Source: a virus
Lineage: Duplodnaviria; Heunggongvirae; Uroviricota; Caudoviricetes
Reading direction: 5' to 3' (one strand)
Virus record (IMG/VR): IMGVR_UViG_3300036856_000037
Length of the DNA: 64,000 bases
Shown here: piece after piece, positions 36,526-46,871 of the stretch
Layout of the letters: each line of letters starts with the position of its first letter
Position numbering within the stretch: the stretch's first letter is position 1
The notes under the pieces: model-generated
Told to the model about the DNA's origin: nothing
Seen by the model: only the letters and a program-made list of their open reading frames with translations
The model's database searches: none
Made by a program: the position numbers and the translations under genes

Positions 36526-37857
36526 ATGTTTGGTTATCGCGTACCACGCCCTGATGAGGCGATGCTCATCTCCGGCGCCAAGTCCAAGGCGAAGGAGGAC
36601 TTGTCGGCGGGACCACCCTTCCAGGTGGTCGTCGGACACGGCAAGTGGGTCCTCCCACTCTTCCGCAAGGTGGAGTTTCTGACCCTGCAGATGCATGAGG
36701 CGGAAGTCATCGAGAACTGCGTCAGCCGCCAGGGGATACCGCTCAAGGTCAATGCGGTCATCGCGTTCAAGGTGGCCAACGACACCGAGAGCATCTGTGC
36801 TGCCGCGCAACGCTTCCTGGTCCAGGAGGACCAGATGCAGACGCTGACGGGTCGCATCTTTGCCGGCCACCTGCGAAGCATCGTGGGCTCCATGACGGTG
36901 GAGGAGATTGTCCAGGATCGCCAGAAGCTGGCGACGGAGGTGGTGGACGGCAGCAAGGAGGAGATGGCGCGCATCGGCCTGACGGTGGATGCGTTGCAGA
37001 TCCAATCCATCGAGGACCCCACGGGGTACATCCAAGCGATGGCCAAGCCCAACATCGCCGCCGTCCAACAGCGCGCCAATGTTGCCCAGGCACAAGCCGA
37101 CCAGGCCAGTGCTGAGGCCCAGCAGCAGTCGTTGCGCAAGCAGGCGGAGTTCGCGCGCGAAACCGCCGTCCAGCAATCCCAGTATCAGGCGGAGATGGAC
37201 AAGGCCCAGCAGGTGGCAGCCCAGGCGGGTCCGTTGGCCGCCGCGGAGTCTGAGCAGGCGGTGTTGGAGAAGCAACGCCAGACCGCAGAACGTCGCGCCG
37301 AGCTGACCAAGGCCAACCTGTTGTCCAGTGTGGTGGAGCCACAGAAGGCGGAAGCCGAGAAGGTACAGATCATCGCCAGTGCCGAGGCTGAGAGGGCCAA
37401 GATCGAGGCGCGCGCCGCCGCCGACATCGCGACCATCAATGCCAACGCGGCCAAGATGGCGGCCCAGGCCAACGCGGATGCCACCCGCGCGGCCAAGCAG
37501 GCTGAGGCAGACGGCATCAGGGCGGTCAAGACGGCTGAAGCCGAGGGCCTGAAAGCGGCGGCAGAGGCGGCAGCCGCTGAGGGCAAGGTGTCGCTGGACC
37601 AATTGCTCATCCAGACACTGCCCGAGGCCATTCGCGCGGCCTCTCAGGGCTTGGCAGGGTCGAAGATCACCATGCTGGGTGGTGGCGATGAATACACCAA
37701 GCTGGTTGCCGGGTTGGTCCAGCAAGGCGCAGGCATCTTCCAATCCCTGCGCGGTGCGCTCAATGACTCCACCAACGGCAGGCAGACTGATGACCTGAGT
37801 GAGAAAATGTGGCAACTACGCACGGAAGCAGACCCTATTGGCGATTCGAGACGGTGA
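36526..37857 (+). CDS. flotillin-like SPFH-domain protein
   Basis: MFGYRVPRPDEAMLISG start, SPFH core, very long Ala/Gln/Glu-rich coiled-coil (EA repeats). Confidence 0.7.
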   Translation: MFGYRVPRPDEAMLISGAKSKAKEDLSAGPPFQVVVGHGKWVLPLFRKVEFLTLQMHEAEVIENCVSRQGIPLKVNAVIAFKVANDTESICAAAQRFLVQEDQMQTLTGRIFAGHLRSIVGSMTVEEIVQDRQKLATEVVDGSKEEMARIGLTVDALQIQSIEDPTGYIQAMAKPNIAAVQQRANVAQAQADQASAEAQQQSLRKQAEFARETAVQQSQYQAEMDKAQQVAAQAGPLAAAESEQAVLEKQRQTAERRAELTKANLLSSVVEPQKAEAEKVQIIASAEAERAKIEARAAADIATINANAAKMAAQANADATRAAKQAEADGIRAVKTAEAEGLKAAAEAAAAEGKVSLDQLLIQTLPEAIRAASQGLAGSKITMLGGGDEYTKLVAGLVQQGAGIFQSLRGALNDSTNGRQTDDLSEKMWQLRTEADPIGDSRR

Positions 37858-38090
37858 GCTAAGCGCCGAGGAAACCTCCCGAGGGTGGCGATTCACCTAC
37901 GTCACCTACGGGGGGGCAACCCACCTGGGTCCTCGTCTGTATAAGACCAAGGCGGGGGCACAGTCCGCCGGGCACAAGTGGCTGGAGCAGGAAAAGAAGA
38001 AGAGGTGAGCCAACGTCGGGCGTCAAGCCCGCCGCGCCGTTGTTTGTTCATGCACTGGGGTGTAGGGCGGCGTGGAAGTATGGACGGACC

Positions 38091-38552
38091 ATGACAGCGA
38101 GGTCAAGTCGCCGAGTCCGTACCAGCGCCCGACGTCTTACCCTGTGCCCGGTGTGTCTGGACCACATTGAGGTGGCCCACGAAGTGGTCAAAGAGCACCT
38201 CGACAGCGCGGGTAACACCTGCCCGATGAGCGGCCAGTCGTTGCCGCTGTGGGATGAGTCCGCCACCCGCCAGGCGGTCAAGGGCCGCTCAGGGGGGATT
38301 TGCGAATACTGCGCCCGGCGGCGCGCCACCGATATGCACCACCGGATGTCACGCGGCGTCGGCGGCTGGTGGAGTCCAGGGAACATTCTGCACCTGTGTC
38401 AGGAGTGTCACCGCTGGGCAACTGATCGGCCCAAGGATGCCTACGCCCGAGGCGTGTCGGTTCAGCGGGGTCTCGACCCCTGCGATATTGCCGTGCGGCG
38501 GTACGACGGACTCATTTTGACGATTGACGATAACGTCGCGCCACCATGCTGA
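38091..38552 (+). CDS. HNH endonuclease
   Basis: CEYCARRRATDMHHRMSRG ... NILHLCQECHRW. Confidence 0.55.
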   Translation: MTARSSRRVRTSARRLTLCPVCLDHIEVAHEVVKEHLDSAGNTCPMSGQSLPLWDESATRQAVKGRSGGICEYCARRRATDMHHRMSRGVGGWWSPGNILHLCQECHRWATDRPKDAYARGVSVQRGLDPCDIAVRRYDGLILTIDDNVAPPC

Positions 38553-38559
38553 ATAACTG

Positions 38560-38612
38560 TTGATGTGCCAGTAGACTGGCTATAATTACGCTACGGCGGC
38601 AAATGGCCGCTT
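38560..38612 (+). promoter_or_regulatory. promoter/operator/leader element copy 8 (TTGATGTGCCAGTAGACTGGCTATAAT + GGCGGCAAATGGCCGC)
   Basis: -10 TATAAT 38581-38586; RBS AAGAAGGAGAAGG. Confidence 0.5.
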
Positions 38613-38629
38613 AAAGAAGGAGAAGGACC

Positions 38630-38848
38630 ATGGCGCAAGTAGCACCGGTCAAAATCGGTGACCGGGTCCGCATTACTGGCCACATGGACGACCCCAATCC
38701 GTTGCCCGTAGGCACCGAGGGAACGGTCGACTGGATTGGCCAGTGGACGTCAGATTTAACGAAACAAGTGGGGGTTAAGTGGGAGAATGGCAGTCGCCTG
38801 ATCCTGCTTCCCCATGACCCGTATGAGGTGATCCGTGTCAGCGGATGA
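38630..38848 (+). CDS. hypothetical protein
   Basis: 72-aa ORF. Confidence 0.45.
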   Translation: MAQVAPVKIGDRVRITGHMDDPNPLPVGTEGTVDWIGQWTSDLTKQVGVKWENGSRLILLPHDPYEVIRVSG

Positions 38849-39401
38849 ACCCACCCAGTGGGCACCGATCTACACGATGGACACCCTGATGCACCCACAG
38901 GCGTACGCAGAGGTGTATCCCGATGAACCTGTGCCCCGGGAGCGCGCGAGCCACAAGGTCCTGGGGGTGATGGCAGCCGGTCTCATCTGCGCGGCGGTGG
39001 CCGCTGGCGTCGGCATCCACGTCTACCGCGTCACCCAGGAAAACGTCCTCACCACCACCCCGACGTATTCGCCGGCTGAGCCCACGATAGCCATGCCGCC
39101 ACCGGTGACGGAGACCGTCCCCGACGCCGACACCAAGATGGCGCAGGACGACCTGTACCTCAAGCTGGTCACCGCGGATGGACTGTGGGTCATCAATGAC
39201 CGCGACCATGCGTTGGAGGTCCCGGCGCAGGTGTGCAGCTACCTGGGACTGCACCCAGGGACCACCAAGCAGGAGGCAGTGGCCGAGATACACAGTTGGT
39301 GGCCCGGACTGCCTACCCAGCCCGTGACCTTAGAGATGGCAGCAAAAATTTATGACAGCTCCACCCGGGTGTACTGCCCGCAATTGAGGGAGGGTGAATG
39401 A
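38835..39401 (+). CDS. membrane-anchored protein
   Basis: TM helix VLGVMAAGLICAAVAAGVGIHVY. Confidence 0.5.
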   Translation: MSADEPTQWAPIYTMDTLMHPQAYAEVYPDEPVPRERASHKVLGVMAAGLICAAVAAGVGIHVYRVTQENVLTTTPTYSPAEPTIAMPPPVTETVPDADTKMAQDDLYLKLVTADGLWVINDRDHALEVPAQVCSYLGLHPGTTKQEAVAEIHSWWPGLPTQPVTLEMAAKIYDSSTRVYCPQLREGE

Positions 39402-39631
39402 CCAACCAGACGCGCAAGCGCGTCAGTGCTGCGCGGCGGGAGGAAGTCAAACAGGCCATCACCAAAATGATCGCCAATGACGAGTACGTGACGTTTGCCA
39501 GCGTCCACAAGAAGACAGGTCTGTCTCGCACCGTGATGTATGCCGACGCTGAGTTGCGGGAGCTGATTGCCGCCACCCGCGGCGTGCCGGTCGGTGAAAT
39601 GACGTACGGACGACGACCTGAGGAGGAGTAG
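39398..39631 (+). CDS. HTH DNA-binding protein
   Basis: 77-aa ORF, ATGA-coupled. Confidence 0.4.
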   Translation: MTNQTRKRVSAARREEVKQAITKMIANDEYVTFASVHKKTGLSRTVMYADAELRELIAATRGVPVGEMTYGRRPEEE

Positions 39632-39635
39632 TGGA

Positions 39636-40337
39636 TTGTCCGACTGGTACGACCCCTTCCCTGACCGATACAAGCCCAAGCCGTGGCAGCGAGAGTCCAC
39701 CGGCCACCCGGCGGAATCGCTGGACAATCCTTACTGGAAAGCCCTAGAGGACAAAGTGGAAATCGGCGGCCTGAGCCTGTGTCGTGCCCCCACCGTGGGG
39801 GAGTGGCGACGTGGCATCGAGTGGGACGACCTCCCGGCGCGCCATGAGTTCACCAAGAAGTACAGCTGGACCATCACCGACCCCGACTCCATCGCATTCG
39901 TTGCGCACTACGCCGGTAGCCGGGTGGTCGACCCGATGGCCGGGACGGGCTACTGGGCCTACCTGCTGACCCAACTGGGCATTGACGTCGTCTGCTATGA
40001 CCGCGCGCCCGGTGGCAATGACTGGCACGGTGATGCACCGCTTCATGCCGAGATTATGGCCATGGAGGGCAGAGAGTCCGTCAAGCGGCACAAGCAGCGC
40101 ACGTTGCTGTTGTCCTGGCCGCCCTACAGCAACCCCTCCGGCAACCACATTCTGCGGGCCTACCGGGGGCATCGCGTCATCTACATCGGAGAGTCTGAGG
40201 GTGGGTGCTGCGGCGACGACTGGTTCCACCGCCGGTTGGACAAGCACTGGGTAGAGGTCGATGAGCACATTCCTGTCCAGTGGTTCGGCCTGCATGACCG
40301 CATCATCATTTATGACCGGAGGACACATGGACGATGA
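39636..40337 (+). CDS. Rossmann-fold methyltransferase-like protein (VVDPMAGTGYWAY motif I)
   Basis: 233-aa ORF. Confidence 0.45.
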   Translation: MSDWYDPFPDRYKPKPWQRESTGHPAESLDNPYWKALEDKVEIGGLSLCRAPTVGEWRRGIEWDDLPARHEFTKKYSWTITDPDSIAFVAHYAGSRVVDPMAGTGYWAYLLTQLGIDVVCYDRAPGGNDWHGDAPLHAEIMAMEGRESVKRHKQRTLLLSWPPYSNPSGNHILRAYRGHRVIYIGESEGGCCGDDWFHRRLDKHWVEVDEHIPVQWFGLHDRIIIYDRRTHGR

Positions 40338-40614
40338 GCCGCTGTCGGCGCTGTGGTTCCGGGATTCTTTCCTCCATGAACTGACCGGCCCGCCCGGTGA
40401 GCATGACGGCTGGTGGGTCGACTGGGATCGCGTCGAGGAAGGGACATGCTCGGGCGCCTGCAAGGACGACCTCCCCTGGGAGGACAGGTGTGACTGTCCC
40501 TACATGCGGGGCATTCTCATTCATCACGACCGGTCCAACCACGTCTGGCGGTTGACCGGAGAGCGGCGCGGGGAAGGCCCCGACAAGGAACTGTTTGGTC
40601 GTTGGCCCGACTAG
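40327..40614 (+). CDS. hypothetical Cys/Trp-rich protein
   Basis: start at M23 of ORF 40261..40614 after GGAGGA. Confidence 0.4.
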   Translation: MDDEPLSALWFRDSFLHELTGPPGEHDGWWVDWDRVEEGTCSGACKDDLPWEDRCDCPYMRGILIHHDRSNHVWRLTGERRGEGPDKELFGRWPD

Positions 40615-40621
40615 AGAAGGA

Positions 40622-40915
40622 ATGCTGATGAATGTCCCCCACTGCCCCGGGTGTGGGCACGCGCTGGATCGCGTGGATCACTACGGGATTGAGCACACGG
40701 TGCTCGATGACAAGACTTACCGGGACGTCGGCATCAACGACATGGACGCCACCGGGGACAACTACGGCATCGCGAGCGAAGTGGACGTGCGATGCGCGTA
40801 CTGCGGGACGGCACTTGATGCCAAAGCTAGAGCGTTCTACTACAAGCACTGGAACCGCGTCCAGGAGGTCACGGCGCTATTGGCAGGAAAGCCCGGCGCG
40901 CCGGGGGTGAACTGA
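40622..40915 (+). CDS. zinc-ribbon protein (CPGCGH...CAYCG)
   Basis: RBS AGAAGGA. Confidence 0.4.
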   Translation: MLMNVPHCPGCGHALDRVDHYGIEHTVLDDKTYRDVGINDMDATGDNYGIASEVDVRCAYCGTALDAKARAFYYKHWNRVQEVTALLAGKPGAPGVN

Positions 40916-40990
40916 TGAGGATTGGCGACTACCTGTGTCCGTGGCACCCCGGCATGACGCTGTATGAGTGCAAAGAGCTACACGAGCAGG

Positions 40991-41650
40991 TCACAGCCGA
41001 AAAAGCGCAAGCTCATGTCCATCCTTCAGAACCCCGAACGGACCCGGCGGCTCCCTGACGGCGTCCAATTTCGCTGAGAGCGAAAACGGCGGCGCCTCGA
41101 GGTTCACCGGGCGTTCCATGTAGCCCACCCAGGCGCCGGCATTCGGGTCATAGGTGAAGTCGTTGTCCACCTCAGGCCAGTGGCTGGCCAGCAGGTAGGT
41201 GCTGCCGCTGAGTTTGAAGTTGTCCAGCACCAGGTGGATGTAGTCGTTGGGGAAGTGAATGAGAATCTGGCGCGCCAGGATGAGGTCCACCTTGGGGACG
41301 CGCACCTGGTTGAGCAGGTTGTTGCACGCCCAGGTGTGTTGTGGCCACTTCTTGGCGTTCTCCTGCACCATCCGTGGCTCCACGTCCCACCCGGTATAGG
41401 AGACGCCAGTCAGGTCGACGTGCTGCATCCAATTGAAGTCCCCGCAGGCGGCGTCCAGCATGGACGTGATCTCATACTTGGCGAAGATGCCGGGGAGCCA
41501 GGCGCGCAGGTCTGTGGTCGCCTCTACGGTGCACCCGGGGCCGTTGGCCGTCTCTGGGTTGGTCAGCGGAGAGCAGGAGAACAACTCGCGTATCTCACTC
41601 CAGGCGTTGGCCTGGTCGCTGATGAACTGTGGGCTGGTCAGGTAGTTCAT
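40991..41650 (-). CDS. class I SAM-methyltransferase-like protein (paralogue of 21372..22046)
   Basis: LDAACGDFNWM, KVDLILARQILIHFPNDY, GSTYLLASHWP. Confidence 0.5.
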   Translation of the reverse strand: MNYLTSPQFISDQANAWSEIRELFSCSPLTNPETANGPGCTVEATTDLRAWLPGIFAKYEITSMLDAACGDFNWMQHVDLTGVSYTGWDVEPRMVQENAKKWPQHTWACNNLLNQVRVPKVDLILARQILIHFPNDYIHLVLDNFKLSGSTYLLASHWPEVDNDFTYDPNAGAWVGYMERPVNLEAPPFSLSAKLDAVREPPGPFGVLKDGHELALFRL

Positions 41651-42204
41651 GACGTCTCCATAATCGCGTCGTACTGCGCTCTAATCCACTTGACGTCACC
41701 CATGGCGGTGTGGCGTTCAAAATTCTTGGGTTCAACCCCGATGGCCCGGGACAGGTCATCAGACTTCCACGGCGGTTGCATCAACTCACCCTTGGCCGCC
41801 AGGTAACCGACGATCAGATTCTCCACATCAACGAGGTGGTAATGCCAGGCCGGTGGTTTGATGCCGTTCCGGTACAGCAACCGGGCCAGGCGTTCGGTGT
41901 CAAAATTGGGCACCGCGCCGACGACGTGGGCACCCTGGGTGGCCTCATCAATGATGTCTGCCGCCTGCTTTTTGCTGACGATGTCCCCGGGGGCCGCGTG
42001 CCGGTATCGCTTGAGGTAGTCCACCTTGAACTCATCGGGCAACCATTTTAGGTGCGGCCAGGGCCTGTGTTCGATGAAACAGTGGTACTTCTTTTCAGAA
42101 AATCCCTTGCCGTGGTAACTGCGCCGGATGGCGGCGAACTCCCAGACGGGAGAGTTGGACTCAATGCCCAGCGTCTCTGTGTCCACAAAGACCAGGTCGC
42201 TCAT
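41647..42204 (-). CDS. DEDDh 3'-5' exonuclease (DnaQ/oligoribonuclease-like)
   Basis: LVFVDTETLGI exo I motif and HTAMGDVKW exo III motif. Confidence 0.6.
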   Translation of the reverse strand: MSDLVFVDTETLGIESNSPVWEFAAIRRSYHGKGFSEKKYHCFIEHRPWPHLKWLPDEFKVDYLKRYRHAAPGDIVSKKQAADIIDEATQGAHVVGAVPNFDTERLARLLYRNGIKPPAWHYHLVDVENLIVGYLAAKGELMQPPWKSDDLSRAIGVEPKNFERHTAMGDVKWIRAQYDAIMETS

Positions 42205-42482
42205 ACTCCCATCTTCCTTTCCAGCCACTCCCGCCAATTCGTGGGCGGCTTGCGCGGCGGGACGATGTCGAAGTCCAGCCACCGCACGGTGGTGGAGCCG
42301 TTGTGGCCGTGGATGGCGATGATGTCGTCAACGCTGTGGTAGACGGCGGTGGACTTGAGGTCACACGTCCAGCGGATGGCCGCCGTCCCGTCACTGAATT
42401 GCACCCCCTCAGCAACCGTCCCCAGGCCCGAGATGCCACTGACGTCATGGGTGCGATCAAGCGTGAATCTTTTCATCACCAT
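42201..42482 (-). CDS. hypothetical protein
   Basis: start at M17 of ORF 42201..42530. Confidence 0.4.
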   Translation of the reverse strand: MVMKRFTLDRTHDVSGISGLGTVAEGVQFSDGTAAIRWTCDLKSTAVYHSVDDIIAIHGHNGSTTVRWLDFDIVPPRKPPTNWREWLERKMGV

Positions 42483-42657
42483 TTCCGTTTCCGTGTGGAC
42501 GCCAGCGCGCGGCGTAGGCCGCCGCTTCACCAGGCTCGATCATCCACACACGACCGAATTTTGTCGCCGTTATAGCACCGCTGCTGCACGCCGCCTGGAC
42601 GGTGCGCAAGGGGATGCCGTATCGCTGTGCCACGTCGGGAGAGGAGAGGAAATTCAT
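42457..42657 (-). CDS. small HTH (MerR/excisionase-like) DNA-binding protein
   Basis: VAQRYGIPLRTVQAACSSGAI. Confidence 0.4.
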   Translation of the reverse strand: MNFLSSPDVAQRYGIPLRTVQAACSSGAITATKFGRVWMIEPGEAAAYAARWRPHGNGNGDEKIHA

Positions 42658-43298
42658 GGCGACCGCATGGTGTGCAGGTGATGGATGAGGGATACATCCT
42701 GCTCGCTCAGAATGCCCCGCACCGCCGTGGTGGTGGTGAGGCTGGCGGGACTGCGACAGCCTCGTAAGCGCATACAATCATGCGTCGCGGTAATGATGGC
42801 GATACACCCCAGCGGGTTGAGGACATTGACGATGCCGTCAACGACCTGCTGACCTATCCTCTCCTGGACCTGCAGCCGCGCGCTGTACCCGTACACCAGC
42901 CGGGTCAGTTTACTTAGCCCTACAATGCGCTGGGCTGGCGCAGGACGGTACGCAACGGTGGCGTGGCCACCAAACGGCAGCAGGTGGTGAGCGCAGATGC
43001 TTTGGACGTCGATGCCGCCTTGGATAATCAAGCCGGGGTCAGGCGGCGCGGGGAACGTCGTCAGCAGGTGGTCCTCAGGTATCTCCCGGTACCCCCACAG
43101 CATGTCCTCATACGCGCGCGCCACCCGCTCAGGCGTGGCCGCCGTGTGCTCACCCTCATCAATGTTCAGCGCATTGAGGAGCGCCTTGATGGCGCGGGTT
43201 GCGCCCTCTCTGTCCACCCCCAGCATTTCGCGCTCCGGGATGACGGAGTATGTCGGGTGCTCCACCCGAACTAGTGGTACGTGTTCGTCGTCTGTCAC
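42654..43298 (-). CDS. folE: GTP cyclohydrolase I
   Basis: ERVARAYEDMLWGY, QSICAHHLLPFGG, RIVGLSKLTRLV, ITATHDCMRLRG. Confidence 0.8.
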   Translation of the reverse strand: MTDDEHVPLVRVEHPTYSVIPEREMLGVDREGATRAIKALLNALNIDEGEHTAATPERVARAYEDMLWGYREIPEDHLLTTFPAPPDPGLIIQGGIDVQSICAHHLLPFGGHATVAYRPAPAQRIVGLSKLTRLVYGYSARLQVQERIGQQVVDGIVNVLNPLGCIAIITATHDCMRLRGCRSPASLTTTTAVRGILSEQDVSLIHHLHTMRSP

Positions 43299-43996
43299 TA
43301 CGTCCCTCGCTTGTCTCCGAACGCCAGGATTTGAAGCCTCTGCGTGATGTTGACCCGCTGGGCGATGGCCTCCTCAGCAATCTTGGGGAAGCGCGCCAGC
43401 AGTACCGCCGCGTCCGTCCCCTCCGGCATCACCCAGACGTGGTCCCGGGGCCACCCAGCCTTGTCCGCGTACTCCACCGCGCGCGCGACATCCTTGGCGT
43501 CCTCCACGACGAATTTGAGGATGGCGCGCTTGCCATACCCCACCCTGACGGGCCATGCGGCCATCGCGGGGTTTTGACCCTTCTTGTGTTCGCCGGCATT
43601 GTCCAGCTTCGGCGACACCGAGTAGTGCCCGACGTAGAACTGGGTCGCATTGTTCGGCAGGATCGTCCCGTTGGTCTCCACCGCCAGGTGGATGCGGCGA
43701 CGGTAGAGCATTTCCAGCAACTCAGCCCAGACGCGGTTGCCTTGGTGCATCAACGGCTCACCGCCGGTGATGACGACATCCTGGGTGTCCTTGGGGATCA
43801 GCGCCGCGACCTCCTTGGCCGTCATCGGCGTGAATTCCTTCTTCAGGTCATACCGGTTGGCGTCCCAGGTGTAGGGCGTGTCGCACCAGCTACAGGCGAG
43901 GTTGCAGCCACCGGTACGAATGAAGGTGCACAGCCGACCGGCGCGCGGACCCTCACCTTGAAAGGAGTGGAAAACCTCTGAGATAGGAATAGTCAT
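43298..43996 (-). CDS. queE: 7-carboxy-7-deazaguanine synthase QueE (radical SAM)
   Basis: GCNLACSWCDT cluster motif, ITGGEPL. Confidence 0.75.
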   Translation of the reverse strand: MTIPISEVFHSFQGEGPRAGRLCTFIRTGGCNLACSWCDTPYTWDANRYDLKKEFTPMTAKEVAALIPKDTQDVVITGGEPLMHQGNRVWAELLEMLYRRRIHLAVETNGTILPNNATQFYVGHYSVSPKLDNAGEHKKGQNPAMAAWPVRVGYGKRAILKFVVEDAKDVARAVEYADKAGWPRDHVWVMPEGTDAAVLLARFPKIAEEAIAQRVNITQRLQILAFGDKRGT

Positions 43997-44523
43997 GTCG
44001 TTATGCCGCTTCCGATGGGATGGATGAAGGGGATGGTGGAGATGTTGACCGGCTCAGGCTCCCACGTCGCGCTGTTCTCCGGCCCCTCATCGAGGATGAG
44101 TTTAAGGAGCCGCGCGTGGGGATACAGCGGCTCCTGGGCACCGACGCTGGTCCCCCACTCGCTGTAGGGCTTGTGTAGGCGCTCGATGGACCGCGCGGCA
44201 AGCTCTGCCGCAATGGCCTCCGTGGTCGGCGGACCATCCAGCGGGTAGTGCTTAAGCATGTTGGCCGCCAGGTAGACGCAGAAGTCGTCGGCCTTGTCGT
44301 GAATGAAGCCGTGGTCGAAGTCGCGCTTGATCAGCTCCCGTAGCGCCGCCTTGAGTGTCCCAAACTCCAAATCGCTGTCTTGGGCAAAGACCCAGGTGAC
44401 ATGGAAGGTATGGCCGTGGATATTCCTACACTTCTCCCCTGGCCCTGATAGGCCGAGAATCCGGTGGCCTGCGGCGAAGTGTGCCTTGACGCTGATGGTG
44501 CTCACCGCTTCACCTCTGCCCAC
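43993..44523 (-). CDS. queD: 6-carboxy-5,6,7,8-tetrahydropterin synthase QueD
   Basis: FAAGHRI ... CRNIHGHTFHV. Confidence 0.75.
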   Translation of the reverse strand: MGRGEAVSTISVKAHFAAGHRILGLSGPGEKCRNIHGHTFHVTWVFAQDSDLEFGTLKAALRELIKRDFDHGFIHDKADDFCVYLAANMLKHYPLDGPPTTEAIAAELAARSIERLHKPYSEWGTSVGAQEPLYPHARLLKLILDEGPENSATWEPEPVNISTIPFIHPIGSGITT

Positions 44524-44843
44524 TGCCGGTCAAACTCGTCGGCGTCGGCCAGGCGGGGCGGGCGGTCGTAGATGAGCACCTGGCGCGATGCCTCGCAGCC
44601 CGTTTCCTTGTCAATATTGGGGACTTCCATCGTCAGCTCAAAGCCTTGGGGCATCTTGGTGGTGCCCTCATGTGAGATGGTCAACTTAGTCACTCGAAAA
44701 CCGTTTTCATGCGACCGGGTGAGCACCGACTGATAGCCGTATTCACCGAAGTAGCGGGCTATCTCTTCGATACTGTCGTAGCCCACCAGGACAGCTGCGC
44801 ATCGCGCGGGACGCTCGTCGTATTCCGTGAAGAGGTCGCTCAT
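44502..44843 (-). CDS. hypothetical protein
   Basis: 113-aa ORF. Confidence 0.4.
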   Translation of the reverse strand: MSDLFTEYDERPARCAAVLVGYDSIEEIARYFGEYGYQSVLTRSHENGFRVTKLTISHEGTTKMPQGFELTMEVPNIDKETGCEASRQVLIYDRPPRLADADEFDRQWAEVKR

Positions 44844-45895
44844 ACTTTTCCTTCCGTCGACGGGTCGCCGTAGTCGCCCGCTTTCAATTCCTTCCCTGCC
44901 GCCAGGTCGGCGACCAGCTTCATATGCGGAGAGAAGCCGTCCACCAGGTGCAGGTGTGGGCCGTAGAATTCCTCAAACACCTTGCGCTCCCGGATGCCGG
45001 CGCCACACCCACTCATCGCCAGGTGCTGGACCGGCCCGTCCCCCAGGCTCCAGCCCTTGAGGCGGCCCCACTGCGGTGGTGTCACCGGCTTGTTGCGGAA
45101 GGTCTTGCGCCACTGCTCCTCCTGCACGGAGGCGGACAGCGCGGACAGGCGGACCAGCAGCACGCGGTTCTTAGGTCCCGACTTGGCGATTTCACTAGGC
45201 AGGACGCCGTAGTAGTCCTTGAGTAGTTGCGCCACCCGGGGCTTGTAGACGCCCTTGCCACCGTCCAGGTCGACGCCGATGCTTTCCCCCGTGACGGGGT
45301 CACGCAGCATGATGCGCCCATAGCGGTATGCCTGGCCCCAGCCCGAGGAGTCGACGGAGAAGAACGGCAACCGCATCCAATCCCGGTGCGTCATCCCCCA
45401 GCCGTGGAAGCGCATCTGCGGGTGGTTGTCCCGGGCGTATTTGAAGACACTGACCAGCCAGCGGAACGTCGCACTGGGCGGCCACGGTTGTCCCGCGACA
45501 CCGCCCAGCCCGAGAAAGTCCACGCCTTGCTCGGCATACCAGTCCATCGTCTCTGGCGGGTCACCCGCGTGGATGGTGGAGACGCCCGGGATGCCCAGGT
45601 CGCACATCCGTTGCCAGTTGCGCTTGGTCTGCTCAATAGACGGCACATCGAGTGCCGCGACCCAGGACAGCAGGTGTTCCCACTTATTCACCCAGGCGAC
45701 CAACTGCGTGGTGCTGATCGTCTTACCCAGCGTCCTGGCCGAGAAGGCGCCACTATCCGCGACGATGTTGCATGACGAGAACTTCTCGATGTCGATCCGC
45801 TTGTAATACCAGTACGACAGCAGGATGTTGCGCGGCGGCGGGATTCGCCCAGCGCCCTGGAGACGCAACTCGCTCACACGTCCTCCACAATCCAC
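44840..45895 (-). CDS. dpdA: DpdA-like DNA-guanine transglycosylase (TGT superfamily)
   Basis: ILLSYWYY ... [11 protein letters not shown]-like substrate pocket motif; 351 aa. Confidence 0.6.
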   Translation of the reverse strand: MDCGGRVSELRLQGAGRIPPPRNILLSYWYYKRIDIEKFSSCNIVADSGAFSARTLGKTISTTQLVAWVNKWEHLLSWVAALDVPSIEQTKRNWQRMCDLGIPGVSTIHAGDPPETMDWYAEQGVDFLGLGGVAGQPWPPSATFRWLVSVFKYARDNHPQMRFHGWGMTHRDWMRLPFFSVDSSGWGQAYRYGRIMLRDPVTGESIGVDLDGGKGVYKPRVAQLLKDYYGVLPSEIAKSGPKNRVLLVRLSALSASVQEEQWRKTFRNKPVTPPQWGRLKGWSLGDGPVQHLAMSGCGAGIRERKVFEEFYGPHLHLVDGFSPHMKLVADLAAGKELKAGDYGDPSTEGKV

Positions 45896-46272
45896 TGCCG
45901 CGCCACTTCACACAGCGCAACGAACACCGCGTCCTTGCTCTGCTCTCGCCAACCCAGGTCGTTGAACGGCACCATGTCGGGGTGCGTCTTTGCCGTCACG
46001 TCACGCTGCGGGCCGTACGTCCAGCCCATCTTCTTATAGGCGTCCCACCAGTCGTTGTGCAGTTCCTCAGGGTCAGCCTTGCGGTCAGGACCCATCATCA
46101 TGGAGATGACATTGAGGAACTGATCCTGGAAGGCGTAGTCGCGGTGTGACCAGGGTTCAGGTACCACGGGCGCATCCACCGCGGCGGCCTGTAGCCGCGC
46201 GACCTCATAGATGAAGATGGCTTGGCGTTCCAGGAGTGAGCCGGTGGGCCACTCGATGTCCTTGTGCGTCAC
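45874..46272 (-). CDS. hypothetical protein
   Basis: 132-aa ORF. Confidence 0.45.
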   Translation of the reverse strand: MTHKDIEWPTGSLLERQAIFIYEVARLQAAAVDAPVVPEPWSHRDYAFQDQFLNVISMMMGPDRKADPEELHNDWWDAYKKMGWTYGPQRDVTAKTHPDMVPFNDLGWREQSKDAVFVALCEVARQWIVEDV

Positions 46273-46871
46273 GCCTCTGCGCTCTCGACGTCCTTACTCT
46301 TTTCCAGCAGGCTGGCGAAGGCCGCGGTGTCGTCGGCGTAGAGCTTGCGGATACGCTCCCAGCGGGTGGCCAGCCCTGGGTCGACCAACAGCGTCAGGCG
46401 ACGGTAGAAGTCCTCGGCCTTGGCCTCGCTCTCCTTGGCCTCTTCCTCAAGTTCGTCCAGGTCGGGTGCCCCTTGGATCGCTTCTTCCAGCATCTTCAGG
46501 TACTCGACGTCAAAACCCGTTCCCTCCAGGTCGCCGTCCAGCTCCTCCAAGTTCTCCAGCAACAAGTCGAGGTTGGGACCCAGGCCCAGGTCGGCCAATC
46601 GATTGTCGGCTAACATGATCTTCCTAGCCGTCTTGTCGTCGGTCTCGATGATGTCGACCCGCACGGTGGCCATGCCAATCTGCTTGGCCGCCTCCACCAA
46701 GTGGTGGCCGGCGAGGATCGTCCCGTCTGGCCGCCCGACAATACTGCGGAACTGGCCGAACTGTTCTAATGAACGCGCAAGGTCGTCCACGGAGCCACGA
46801 TTTGGATTATCCGGGTGGGCCTGGAGACTGTCGGTCTTGACTTCCTTCTGTCCGATGAACTTAACCGTCAC
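46269..46871 (-). CDS. ParB-like nuclease-domain protein (DpdB-like candidate)
   Basis: [25 protein letters not shown] ... [15 protein letters not shown]arB N-domain; acidic C-terminus. Confidence 0.55.
   Translation of the reverse strand: MTVKFIGQKEVKTDSLQAHPDNPNRGSVDDLARSLEQFGQFRSIVGRPDGTILAGHHLVEAAKQIGMATVRVDIIETDDKTARKIMLADNRLADLGLGPNLDLLLENLEELDGDLEGTGFDVEYLKMLEEAIQGAPDLDELEEEAKESEAKAEDFYRRLTLLVDPGLATRWERIRKLYADDTAAFASLLEKSKDVESAEA

Noticed and set aside
36388-37815. 475-aa minus-strand ORF
   Set aside because: It is antisense to the flotillin gene and has a low-complexity Leu/Arg/Gly composition. The flotillin frame has an SPFH domain and coiled coil.
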